Shown here: positions 43,848-52,758 of the stretch, one piece after another
Position numbering within the stretch: position 1 is the first letter of the stretch
Layout of the letters: each line of letters opens with the position of its first letter
DNA from: an uncultured Bacteroidales bacterium
Lineage (GTDB): Bacteria; Bacteroidota; Bacteroidia; Bacteroidales; Paludibacteraceae
Direction of reading: 5' to 3'
Assembly: GCA_934716995.1 (NCBI GenBank)
Contig: CAKUYO010000010.1
Location: 1,619-65,618 of the forward strand
DNA: 64,000 nucleotides
Notes under the pieces: model-generated
Seen by the model: only the letters and a program-made list of their open reading frames with translations
Database searches by the model: none
What the model was told of the DNA's origin: nothing
Made by a program: the position numbers and the translations under genes

Positions 43848-46004
43848 TTACTCCTCGTCTGCATTCGCTGCAGCATATTCTTTGAGGAGTTTTTCCTGTA
43901 CATCCGCAGGTACGAGTTCGTAGTCTTTGAACTTCATCGTAAACGTTGCCCTGCCACCCGTAAGCGAACTGAGCGTTGTCGAATACGAAGTCAGTTCTTT
44001 CAGCGGCACTTCGGCGTGCAGGCGGGTGAAATTCTTCTCCGTCTCCATACCCAGTACCATACCGCGGCGACCCGTGATGTCCGACATCACATCGCCTACC
44101 AAATCATTCGGTACCAGCACTTCCACTTCGTAGATAGGCTCCAGCACCTTCGGATTTGCATTGCGGAACGCCTCGGCAAACGCATGGCGACCTGCCAGAC
44201 GGAATGAAATTTCGTTGGAATCTACGGGGTGCATCTTGCCGTCGTAAACGATCACACGCACATCGCGGGCGTATGAACCCGTCAGCGGTCCTTGCTCCAT
44301 ACGGTCCATGATACCTTTCAGGATAGCGGGGATGAAGCGTGCCTCAATGGCACCGCCCACAATGGAGTTCACCAATACGAGTTTGCCGCCCCACTCCAAG
44401 GGAATCTCCTGTGTATCTTTTACCGTAACGCGGTACTCTTGGTTGCCGAACTTATACACCTCTTTTACAGGTACGCCCTCTTCATAAGGCTCTACAATCA
44501 GGTGCACCTCGCCGAATTGCCCCGATCCGCCCGACTGTTTCTTGTGGCGGTAGTCGGCGCGTGACGACTTCGTGATCGTCTCGCGGTACGGTATCTTCGG
44601 CTCCTCGAATACCACCTGCATCTTCTCGTTGTTCTCCAGACGCCATTTCAGCGTACGCAGGTGAAATTCTCCCTGACCGGAAACAATCATCTGTTTCAAC
44701 TCTTTCGACTGCTCCACAATCCATGTCGGGTCTTCCTCGTGCATACGGGTCAGCAGGGCGGCGAGTTTCTCGTTGTCCGCCTCGTTCACGGGACGGATGG
44801 CACGGCGGAAACGCGGTTGCGGGTACTCAATCTTTGCATAATGCAGGTCGCAGTCCTTCGCGTTCAGCGTGTTGCCCGTACGGGTGTCTTTCAGTTTTAC
44901 GGTAGCCGCGATGTCGCCTGCCGCCACTTCGTCCACCGGTATGCGGTTCGCACCCGCCACCATATAAAGTTGCGAGATACGCTCTTTGCCGCCTCTGTCC
45001 ATATTCTGCAGATCGTCGCCCGCTTTCACCGTTCCTTGCATCACGCGGAAATAGTTCACCTCGCCGATATGCGGCTCCACCGATGTTTTGAACACATACA
45101 GGCTGGTCGGTTTCGTCGGGTCGGGACTGATGCCCTCGCCTTCGAGCGTCGGATATTTGAAATTCGCGGGTTCGGGAGCCATCGTCAGCAGAAAATCCAT
45201 CAAGCGGCGGATACCCATATCTTTCAGTGCACTCGTGCAAATCACGGGGTACATCGACCCGTCGGCATAGACCGAGCGCAGACCGCGCATAATCTCCTCG
45301 TCGGTCAGTCCCTCGCTCAGGAACTTGTCAAGCAGTGTCTCGTCCGCTTCGGCAGCCTGTTCCTGCAGTTGCTGGCGCATCTCCGCCACGCGCTCCTGAT
45401 GTTCAGCAGGAATCTCTTTCTCTTCGGGTGCACCGCCTTCGGGTCCCCAGACGAGCATCTTGCCTTTCAGCACATCGATCGCCGCATTGAAACCCGCACC
45501 TGCGTTCACGGGATATTGTATCAGGGTGCACTTGTTACCGAAATTCTCTTTCAGTTGTGCAAACGTATGTTCAAAGTCAGCGTCCGGGTGGTCGCATTTG
45601 TTGATCACGAATGCCAGCGGCTTCTTCGCCTTTTCCACCAGACGGAAATTGTTTTGTGTACCTACTTCGATACCGTTGTTGGCGGTCAGCACGATCAGCG
45701 CCGAACCTACCATTTGCAAGGCTGCTACCGTACCGCCACAGAAATCATCCGAACCGGCGCAGTCAATGATGTTCAGTTTTTTACCTTGGAACTCGATGTT
45801 GCAAACCGTCGAGAAAACCGAGTAACCGTACTCCTTCTCCACGGGAAAATAGTCGCATACGGTCGATTGTGCCTCAATCGAACCGCGACGTTTGATCACA
45901 CCACTCTCATAAAGCATCGCCTCCATAAGAGTGGTTTTACCCGATCCGCTACCGCCCAACATAGCGATATTCTTGATCTCGTTTGCTTGATAAACTTTAG
46001 CCAT
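43848..46004 (-). CDS. elongation factor G paralogue
   Basis: MAKVYQANEIKNIAMLGGSGSGKTT (deviant G1), IIDCAGSDDF (G3), EF-G domains II-V. Start at the ATG at 46004, not track 46247. Confidence 0.88.
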   Translation of the reverse strand: MAKVYQANEIKNIAMLGGSGSGKTTLMEAMLYESGVIKRRGSIEAQSTVCDYFPVEKEYGYSVFSTVCNIEFQGKKLNIIDCAGSDDFCGGTVAALQMVGSALIVLTANNGIEVGTQNNFRLVEKAKKPLAFVINKCDHPDADFEHTFAQLKENFGNKCTLIQYPVNAGAGFNAAIDVLKGKMLVWGPEGGAPEEKEIPAEHQERVAEMRQQLQEQAAEADETLLDKFLSEGLTDEEIMRGLRSVYADGSMYPVICTSALKDMGIRRLMDFLLTMAPEPANFKYPTLEGEGISPDPTKPTSLYVFKTSVEPHIGEVNYFRVMQGTVKAGDDLQNMDRGGKERISQLYMVAGANRIPVDEVAAGDIAATVKLKDTRTGNTLNAKDCDLHYAKIEYPQPRFRRAIRPVNEADNEKLAALLTRMHEEDPTWIVEQSKELKQMIVSGQGEFHLRTLKWRLENNEKMQVVFEEPKIPYRETITKSSRADYRHKKQSGGSGQFGEVHLIVEPYEEGVPVKEVYKFGNQEYRVTVKDTQEIPLEWGGKLVLVNSIVGGAIEARFIPAILKGIMDRMEQGPLTGSYARDVRVIVYDGKMHPVDSNEISFRLAGRHAFAEAFRNANPKVLEPIYEVEVLVPNDLVGDVMSDITGRRGMVLGMETEKNFTRLHAEVPLKELTSYSTTLSSLTGGRATFTMKFKDYELVPADVQEKLLKEYAAANADEE

Positions 46005-46110
46005 AATTGTGTTTTTTATAAGGTTACAGCAAGAACACCCTCGGCAACCGTCAGACAGGTTTCGCCGCCCCAAGACAGGCAACTCACAACCGCAACGGTA
46101 TTCTCGTTTG

Positions 46111-46118
46111 CAAAGATA
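46111..46118 (-). promoter_or_regulatory. -7 box (tatctttg on minus strand)
   Basis: About 106 nt upstream of the EF-G paralogue start. Confidence 0.5.
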
Positions 46119-46182
46119 CGACAAAAATGCAAACCGTGCAAACAAAAAATGCAAATCCTGCTGCACAGCATATTTTTCAATC

Positions 46183-46243
46183 CACAATGTATAGCATAAT
46201 GGCACAATACACAATGTATAGCATAATGGCACAATACACAATG
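46183..46243 (+). repeat. 27-bp tandem repeat x2.3
   Basis: The unit cacaatgtatagcataatggcacaata occurs twice exactly, then a partial copy. Confidence 0.95.
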
Positions 46244-46251
46244 ACACCTTT

Positions 46252-46314
46252 GTCCTTAAAGTCCTTACTGTCCTTAAAATCCTTATCGTCCCTAAAGACC
46301 TTAAAAACCTTATG
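46252..46314 (+). repeat. ~9-bp tandem array x7 (gtccttaaa)
   Basis: gtccttaaagtccttactgtccttaaaatccttatcgtccctaaagaccttaaaaaccttatg. Confidence 0.9.
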
Positions 46315-46327
46315 CTATCAAGAGTAT

Positions 46328-46400
46328 GTGATTATGGGGTGATTATCGGGTGATTATCGGGTGATTAACGGGTGATTAACGGGTGATTATGGGGTGATTA
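46328..46400 (+). repeat. 11-bp tandem array x6.6 (gtgattaNNgg)
   Basis: gtgattatggg gtgattatcgg x2 gtgattaacgg x2 gtgattatggg gtgatta. Overlaps the last codons and the stop of the GNAT gene. Confidence 0.95.
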
Positions 46401-46938
46401 AGCCATCTATGCCATATACATATCGGTGTATGGTGCGTATAACCCGTTCTGCATCTCTCTCCTGTTGCAAACCGGGCGTTGCCATCAGCCGCATCGGCAG
46501 GCTCTCGCCCCCTGTCCTGTATGCCGGCTGTATATAGGGAGTCTCCTGCCAGAGCCGCAGCCCGTTCCGTTCATAGAACCCCACCCTGCGGTGGCTCATC
46601 TCGTCTTCGGGCATCTCCACCTCCAACACCAACGGCATTCCCGCACGCGCCAGCACTGCCTGCAGTATCTGCCCGCCGTAGCCGTGGTTGCGCTGTGCGG
46701 GGTCGGTGGCAAAATGCTCCCCGTAGCAGAATGTTCCGAAGTCCCAATAGGTCAGAAAACCGGTCGGCACACCCTCCTCGTTTTCCGCCAGCACGCAATG
46801 GAACACCGGATTGGTATCCGTATTCACCCGTTGTGCCTCCGTATCGCGCCTTTCCGCCTCGGGAAAAGCCTCCAGCCACAGTCTTTCCACAAATGCATAC
46901 CCTGCATCCGCACTCCCAATCTCTCTCAATCGTATCAT
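46387..46938 (-). CDS. GNAT-family N-acetyltransferase
   Basis: Acetyl-CoA motif region QRNHGYGGQILQAVL. 183 aa. Confidence 0.85.
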   Translation of the reverse strand: MIRLREIGSADAGYAFVERLWLEAFPEAERRDTEAQRVNTDTNPVFHCVLAENEEGVPTGFLTYWDFGTFCYGEHFATDPAQRNHGYGGQILQAVLARAGMPLVLEVEMPEDEMSHRRVGFYERNGLRLWQETPYIQPAYRTGGESLPMRLMATPGLQQERDAERVIRTIHRYVYGIDGLITP

Positions 46939-47083
46939 AAAAAAGAGTTATTTTACCTGCAAAGATACTGAAAATGACCCGCATACACAAAATATACCCG
47001 TACAATCCACCTGTTTTGCAAAATAACATTTGGCAATTTGTATTTTTCTGCCATAATCATTTGTGCAGGTCGCAAAAAAGCAG

Positions 47084-47091
47084 TAATTTTG
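47084..47091 (+). promoter_or_regulatory. orphan -7 box (taattttg)
   Basis: No long ORF follows. A terminator lies at 47259-47286. Confidence 0.4.
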
Positions 47092-47097
47092 CACCCG

Positions 47098-47286
47098 ATT
47101 TCAGAGAAGCGGAATAACGGGGAGGATACACAAAATACTTTTTTTTCACCTAATTAGGTGCATGGAAATGACTCTTGAAGAGGGAGTTCGTAGCCCGTCC
47201 GTCCGCGTGAGCGATTGTTCGGGGTTATAGTCGTGGTAAAAAGCGAACATGTACAGAAGCCTATCTATTGCAGATGGGCATTTTTT
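47098..47286 (+). ncRNA. candidate small RNA or leader (promoter-to-terminator unit)
   Basis: Bounded by the -7 box and the hairpin gcctatc/gatgggc followed by tttttt. Contains the 14-bp palindrome cacctaattaggtg (47147-47160) and a 22-codon ORF. Confidence 0.3.
47259..47286 (+). terminator. intrinsic terminator-like hairpin
   Basis: 7-bp stem (one G-U pair), 7-nt loop, T6 run. Confidence 0.55.
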
Positions 47287-47471
47287 GTGTGCAGACCTCC
47301 CCTGCCCCTCCCAAAGCACCCCGCAAAGGAGGGGAATTCGGGCTCCGTTAATTGGCGTTAATCGACCGTTAACAGAATATCCATTAAAGACCATTAAAGG
47401 ACCATTAAAACGTTGTGGAACAAATAATTAACATATAATGAGCCATATAATTGACTGTAAATTATAAGACA

Positions 47472-48035
47472 ATGAATACAGACTTGTATGTAGATTTTAT
47501 GCGGCGGTACGGGACGCTGACAGCAGAAGCCGAGGCGGACTTGCGGGAGCGGGTGCAGGCGTTGCAACGCACCAAAGGGCAAACTATCATTCGCACAGGA
47601 CAGGTGGCAAGCAGTTGGTTCCTCGTGGAAAGCGGAATGGTTCGCTCCTATTACCAATACGCCCACAAACAAGTAACTATCTGGTTTGCAAGCGAAAACA
47701 CATTCGCCGCCTCTATTTCGGCACTCTACAACGACCAGCCGTCGTGCGAGACCATAGAGTGTATCGAGGATTGCCGTTTTCTGTACATCACCAACCACGA
47801 TATGCAAGACTTGTGCCGCCGATACGACTGTATCAACACCATCCACCGCAAAATGGCCGAAGAGTATTGCATCATTCTGCAAAACCGCATCTACTCGTTT
47901 CAGGTACTGAGTGCCGCAGAGCGGTATCGCGAACTGCAAGAGACCGAACCCGCTGTGGTACAGCGTGCGCCACTACAATACATCGCGTCTTATCTCGGTA
48001 TCTCGCAAGAGACATTGAGCCGCATACGGCACTGA
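47472..48035 (+). CDS. Crp/Fnr-family transcriptional regulator
   Basis: cNMP-binding-like domain and the C-terminal HTH IASYLGISQETLSRIR. Start at the ATG at 47472. Confidence 0.85.
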   Translation: MNTDLYVDFMRRYGTLTAEAEADLRERVQALQRTKGQTIIRTGQVASSWFLVESGMVRSYYQYAHKQVTIWFASENTFAASISALYNDQPSCETIECIEDCRFLYITNHDMQDLCRRYDCINTIHRKMAEEYCIILQNRIYSFQVLSAAERYRELQETEPAVVQRAPLQYIASYLGISQETLSRIRH

Positions 48036-48076
48036 TTTTTTTGACTTTTGTCAAATCTGTGAAACGGAAAAAGCAG

Positions 48077-48084
48077 TACCTTTG
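48077..48084 (+). promoter_or_regulatory. -7 box (tacctttg)
   Basis: About 197 nt upstream of the RND adaptor ATG. Confidence 0.5.
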
Positions 48085-48157
48085 CAGGCGTTTTGCGGGT
48101 TCCATTAAACCACACAAAAAACATATAATTATCGTGTAATTGACCATTAATTTTAAT

Positions 48158-48204
48158 CAACCAAAACCGGCAAAACCTATTGCGCAGGCAACACGCCTGC
48201 GCTG
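48158..48204. repeat. AACAC-loop hairpin element (variant stem)
   Basis: caaaaccggcaaaacctatt then gcgcaggc-aacac-gcctgcgc. The stem differs but the loop and flank are the same. Confidence 0.7.
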
Positions 48205-48281
48205 ACGGAAATGCAAACAACAATACAGCAAAAAACAACGATATAAACAAACAATAACGACATAAAAACAAAACAAATAGT

Positions 48282-49382
48282 ATGAATAAGAAGGTATTTA
48301 TCTGTATTGCCTTGTGTATGTGCGCGCTGAGCGCATGCCACAAAGGCGGACAAGGACAAGAAGAACAGGTGGCGCACAACAAGACCATGGTGGTGCTGGC
48401 GCAAGACTGCGTGGTGGAGGAGAGTTATCCCGCCTCTATCCGCGGACGACAGGACATCGCCATCATGCCGCAAGTGGCCGGTACGCTGACCAAACTATGC
48501 GTAGTCGAGGGTGAGCGCGTGCGCAAAGGGCAGGTGCTGTTTGTCATCGACCAGGTGCCGTACCGCGCATCGTTGGAGACCGCTGAAGCCAACGTGGAAG
48601 TAGCCAAGTCGGGTGTTGCTACCGCCGAATTAGTGTATCAATCCAAACAACAACTCTACGCCGACAGCGTCATCTCGGACTTCGACCTGCAGACGGCGAA
48701 GAACAGTTACCTGAGTGCCAAGGCAGGTCTGGCACAGGCAAATGCCGCATTGGTCATCGCGCAGAACAACCTCAACTATACAGAGGTGAAGAGCCCGAGC
48801 GACGGTGTGGTGGGTACGCTGCCTTTTCGCGTGGGGGCACTGGTGGCGCCGCAGATGCCTACCCCGCTGACCACCGTGAGCGACAACTCGGTGATGTACG
48901 TCTATTTCTCGATGACCGAGAACCAATGGCTTGCCCTCGCACGCCAATACGGCAGCAAAGACGCCGCCTTGCGCAATATGCCCGCTGTGGAGTTGGTGCT
49001 CAACGACGGCAGCAAATACTCCGAAAGCGGCAAGATTGAGACCGTGTCGGGCGTGATTGACCAAGCCACCGGCACCGTCAGCGTGCGGGCTACGTTTGGC
49101 AACAAGAACGGTCTGCTCACCTCTGGCGGTGCGGGCAACATCGTCCTCGCAAAGCCGCAGCAGGGTGCGCTCCTCATTCCGCGAACCGCTACCTACGAGA
49201 TACAGGACAAAGTGTTTGTCTATCGCGTGGAGAACGGCAAGACCGCTGCTACACAGGTGGTCGTCAACCGCTTGAACGGTGGCAAGGAGTACATTGTAGA
49301 GAGCGGCTTGCAGGCAGGAGACACCATCGTTACCGAAGGCGTGGCAATGCTCAAAGAAGGCGTGAAAATAATGATGAATTAA
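48282..49382 (+). CDS. RND efflux periplasmic adaptor subunit
   Basis: Lipoprotein signal ...CALSAC and an HlyD/MFP-type barrel-sandwich with a hairpin. Confidence 0.9.
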   Translation: MNKKVFICIALCMCALSACHKGGQGQEEQVAHNKTMVVLAQDCVVEESYPASIRGRQDIAIMPQVAGTLTKLCVVEGERVRKGQVLFVIDQVPYRASLETAEANVEVAKSGVATAELVYQSKQQLYADSVISDFDLQTAKNSYLSAKAGLAQANAALVIAQNNLNYTEVKSPSDGVVGTLPFRVGALVAPQMPTPLTTVSDNSVMYVYFSMTENQWLALARQYGSKDAALRNMPAVELVLNDGSKYSESGKIETVSGVIDQATGTVSVRATFGNKNGLLTSGGAGNIVLAKPQQGALLIPRTATYEIQDKVFVYRVENGKTAATQVVVNRLNGGKEYIVESGLQAGDTIVTEGVAMLKEGVKIMMN

Positions 49383-49405
49383 GAATGATGAATTAGGAAT
49401 TAACA
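49368..49405 (+). repeat. gaatgatgaatta-word array overlapping the gene end
   Basis: aataatgatgaattaagaatgatgaattaggaattaac. The last codons IMMN and the stop lie inside the repeat. Confidence 0.85.
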
Positions 49406-49407
49406 GG

Positions 49408-49463
49408 GTGTCCCATTTGCCTTATCAGGCTTATTAGCCCAATTAGCCCTATTCGACTTATTT
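49408..49463 (+). repeat. tgtcccatttgYcctatYag..cttattMgccc element
   Basis: gtgtcccatttgccttatcaggcttattagcccaattagccctattcgacttattt. Confidence 0.7.
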
Positions 49464-49473
49464 ATATCAACCT

Positions 49474-52400
49474 ATGAACGTAAAAACTTTTGTGGAGCGG
49501 CCGGTGCTGTCGGCAGTCATATCCATCGTGATAGCCCTGCTCGGACTTATCGGACTCAAGACGCTCCCTATCGAACAATACCCCGACATCGCACCACCTA
49601 CCGTCATGGTGATGACCCAGTACTATGGTGCCAGTGCCGAGTCGGTACAGAAATCCGTCATCGCCCCCCTCGAAGAGGCTATCAACGGTGTCGAGAATAT
49701 GACCTATATGACCTCCACGGCAACCAACACCGGTTCGGCGGAGATATATGTCTATTTCAAGCAGGGTACCGACCCCGATATGGCGGCGGTGAATGTACAG
49801 AACAAAATTTCGTCGGCTACGGCGCAGTTGCCCTCAGAGGTCAAGGTGGTTGGCGTACAGGCGTTCAAGCGGCAGACCAGTATGCTGCAGATCTTCACGG
49901 TTTCCTCGCCCGACGATACCTACGACCAGACATTCCTCAGCAACTATATCAACATCAATATCAAGCCCGAACTGCTGCGTATTCAGGGTGTCGGACAGAT
50001 GGTGGTGCTGGGCGGCAACTACTCGATGCGTATCTGGATGCGCCCCGATGTGATGGCGCAATACGGCTTGGTGCCGAGTGATGTAACGGCGGCTCTCGCC
50101 GAGCAGAATATCGAATCGGCTACAGGTGCCATCGGCGAGAACTCCCCCGAGGCGTACCAATATACTATGAAGTACAAAGGGCGTTTGCAGACCCCCGAGG
50201 AGTTCGGTCAGATAGTTATCCGCTCCACCGCCGACGGCGAAGTGCTTCGCCTGCGCGACATCGCCGACATCGAGTTGGGCGAGGAGAGTTACGGCTTCGA
50301 CGGTCGTCAGAACGGGCATCACGGCGTACAATGTATGGTTTTCCAGACGGCGGGTTCCAACGCTACCGAGGTGAATAATCAGATAGATGCCCTCCTTGCG
50401 GAGGTACAGGCACACGCTCCCAAGGGTGTGAAAATCACGCAGATGATGTCCACCAACGATTTCCTCTATGCCTCTATCCACAACGTGGTCAAGACCCTCA
50501 TTGAGGCAATCCTGCTGGTTATCCTCATCGTGCTGCTTTTCTTGCAAGACTGGCGCTCAACGCTCATTCCCTTTGTCAGCATCATCGTCTCGCTCATCGG
50601 TACGTTTGCTTTTATGGTCGTGGCGGGGTTCTCTATCAACCTTATCACGCTTTTTGCCCTCGTGCTTGTCATCGGTACGGTGGTGGACGACTCTATCGTG
50701 GTGGTCGAGGCGGTGCACAGCCGCTTTGATGCGGGCTACAAAAACCCGTTCCAGGCCACGGTATATGGAACCAAAGATGTGGCGGTGGCTATCATCACCT
50801 CGTCGCTCGTCTTTATGGCGGTGTTTATCCCTATCAGTTTCATCGGCGGCACCAGCGGTGTCTTCTATCGCCAGTTCGGTCTGACCATGGCGGTAGCGGT
50901 AGGTATCTCCGCCCTCAACGCGCTCACCACCTGCCCCGCCCTCTGCGCTCTGCTGCTGCGTCCCAAAGAGACCAATATCGACAACCTCCGCGGCTACAAG
51001 CGCTGGCGTTTCCGTTTCTCCGACAAGTGGAACCGCGGTTTTGACCGCCTCACCGCATGGTATCAGCGCGGTGCGGCACATTTCGTCAAACATCCGTGGA
51101 TGTCATTCCTTACCGCCGCTTTGGGCGTTGCCCTGATGGTGGTACTGATGAATACCACCAAGACCGGTCTCGTCCCCGACGAGGATCTGGGTACCGTAAT
51201 GGTGAATATCGACACACCTCCCGGCAGTTCGCTTGCCACCACCGACGACATCATGCGCGAGATAGAAAACCGCCTGATGACTATCCCCGAGGTGGCGGAA
51301 CTGAACAGTACGGCGGGCTACGGACTGATCTCCGGCGAGTCAAGTGCGGCGGGTAATATCATTTTGAAACTCCGTCCGTGGGACGAGCGTACCCGCAAAG
51401 ACCAGGCGGTCAATGCCGTCATCGGCAAGGTCTATGCCCTCACCGCCGACATCAAGGATGCCACCGTCTTCGCTATGGCACCTGCCCAGATTTCGGGTTA
51501 CGGTACCGGCAACGCACTGGATATCAACCTCGAAGACAAGGTAGGCGGCGATATGCACCAGTTCTACGACTATGCACAGCAGTTTATCGGTGCGCTCAAC
51601 GGACGACCCGAGATAAGTATGGCGTTCACGTCCTTCAACCTCAATTTCCCGCAGTGGGAGGTGAGTGTTGATGCCGCCAAATGCCAGCGCTCGGGTATCA
51701 CCGCCAACGAGGTACTCGCCTGCCTGTCGGGCTATTACGGCGGTCAGTACGTCAGCGATTTCAACCGTTTCGGCAAGGTCTATAAAGTGCAGATTATGGG
51801 CGACCCCAAGCAGCGTATGGACGAGCGCAGTCTCGACAACACGTTTGTCCGTCTCCACAGCGGCGAGATGGCGCCCCTCTCGCAGTTCATCACGCTCCGC
51901 CGTGTCTATGGCGCCGACAAACTGACGCGCTTCAACCTCTACAACTCCATCTCTGTCAGCGCAATGCCTGCCGACGGCTATTCGTCGGGCGATGCCATCC
52001 GGGCGGTCAAAGAGGTGGCTGCACAGGTGCTGCCGTCGCAGTACGCCGTCGATTACGGAGGTATCACCCGTGAGGAAAGTCAGTCGAGCAACAGCACCAC
52101 GGCGGTTATTTTCCTCATCTGTATCGTCTTTATCTACCTCATTCTCTCGGCGTTGTACGAGTCCTTCCGTCTCCCGCTGGCTGTCATCATCGCCGTGCCG
52201 GTAGGTCTGATGGGTTCCTTCCTGCTGACCAAGATATGCGGTCTCGAAAACAACATCTACCTCCAGACGGGTGTCATTATGTTGATCGGTTTGCTCAGCA
52301 AAACGGCTATCCTTATCACCGAGTACGCTTCCGAGCGCCGCAAAGCGGGCAAGAGCCTGCAGGATGCGGCTGTCGATGCGGCGGGTGCGCGTCTGCGCCC

Positions 52401-52611
52401 GATTATGATGACCGTCCTCACGCTGATCTTCGGTATGCTCCCTATGGTGGCGGCTATGGGTGTCGGTGCCAATGGCAACCGCAGTCTCGGTACGGGCGTC
52501 GTGGGCGGCAGTATCGTCGGAACGCTGGCGCTGCTATTCCTCGTGCCGTCGCTCTTCGTGGTCTTCCAACGCCTCGACGAGAAACGCCGCAGGAACCGCC
52601 GCACGGAATAA
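49474..52611 (+). CDS. RND efflux permease (AcrB/HAE1 family)
   Basis: 1045 aa with a 12-TM architecture and two large periplasmic loops. Confidence 0.95.
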   Translation: MNVKTFVERPVLSAVISIVIALLGLIGLKTLPIEQYPDIAPPTVMVMTQYYGASAESVQKSVIAPLEEAINGVENMTYMTSTATNTGSAEIYVYFKQGTDPDMAAVNVQNKISSATAQLPSEVKVVGVQAFKRQTSMLQIFTVSSPDDTYDQTFLSNYININIKPELLRIQGVGQMVVLGGNYSMRIWMRPDVMAQYGLVPSDVTAALAEQNIESATGAIGENSPEAYQYTMKYKGRLQTPEEFGQIVIRSTADGEVLRLRDIADIELGEESYGFDGRQNGHHGVQCMVFQTAGSNATEVNNQIDALLAEVQAHAPKGVKITQMMSTNDFLYASIHNVVKTLIEAILLVILIVLLFLQDWRSTLIPFVSIIVSLIGTFAFMVVAGFSINLITLFALVLVIGTVVDDSIVVVEAVHSRFDAGYKNPFQATVYGTKDVAVAIITSSLVFMAVFIPISFIGGTSGVFYRQFGLTMAVAVGISALNALTTCPALCALLLRPKETNIDNLRGYKRWRFRFSDKWNRGFDRLTAWYQRGAAHFVKHPWMSFLTAALGVALMVVLMNTTKTGLVPDEDLGTVMVNIDTPPGSSLATTDDIMREIENRLMTIPEVAELNSTAGYGLISGESSAAGNIILKLRPWDERTRKDQAVNAVIGKVYALTADIKDATVFAMAPAQISGYGTGNALDINLEDKVGGDMHQFYDYAQQFIGALNGRPEISMAFTSFNLNFPQWEVSVDAAKCQRSGITANEVLACLSGYYGGQYVSDFNRFGKVYKVQIMGDPKQRMDERSLDNTFVRLHSGEMAPLSQFITLRRVYGADKLTRFNLYNSISVSAMPADGYSSGDAIRAVKEVAAQVLPSQYAVDYGGITREESQSSNSTTAVIFLICIVFIYLILSALYESFRLPLAVIIAVPVGLMGSFLLTKICGLENNIYLQTGVIMLIGLLSKTAILITEYASERRKAGKSLQDAAVDAAGARLRPIMMTVLTLIFGMLPMVAAMGVGANGNRSLGTGVVGGSIVGTLALLFLVPSLFVVFQRLDEKRRRNRRTE

Positions 52612-52644
52612 CGGAAAAGTGCGTTTTGTTAAGATTCCATGGTG

Positions 52645-52712
52645 CCTTGTGCATTATGCATTGTGCATTGAAAAGTAAGGTGGATGCGCATAGGATACGC
52701 TTATGATAGGCT
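52645..52712 (+). repeat. gcattgt-word plus gcataggat-word arrays
   Basis: ccttgtgcattatgcattgtgcattg ... aaaagtaaggtggatgcgcataggatacgcttatgataggct. The 15-mer aaaagtaaggtggat is also at 19693. Confidence 0.8.
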
Positions 52713-52758
52713 ACCCTTACGCACCTTTCAAAAAGTATCAATTATTAAGATTTCAGAA

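Noticed and set aside
46005-46247. N-terminal extensions suggested by the ORF track for the EF-G paralogue, and similar extensions at 19881, 24610-25668, 34130, 35473, 52684, 55017-55622, 56772 and 62238.
   Set aside because: The extensions run through repeat arrays or neighbouring genes and encode implausible peptides. Canonical N-termini, meaning a signal peptide or a conserved first motif, start at internal ATGs in the same frame.
46183-46400. Tandem arrays here and elsewhere as possible CRISPR arrays.
   Set aside because: Units are 7-48 bp and directly abutted with no unique spacers. No cas genes or leader are present.
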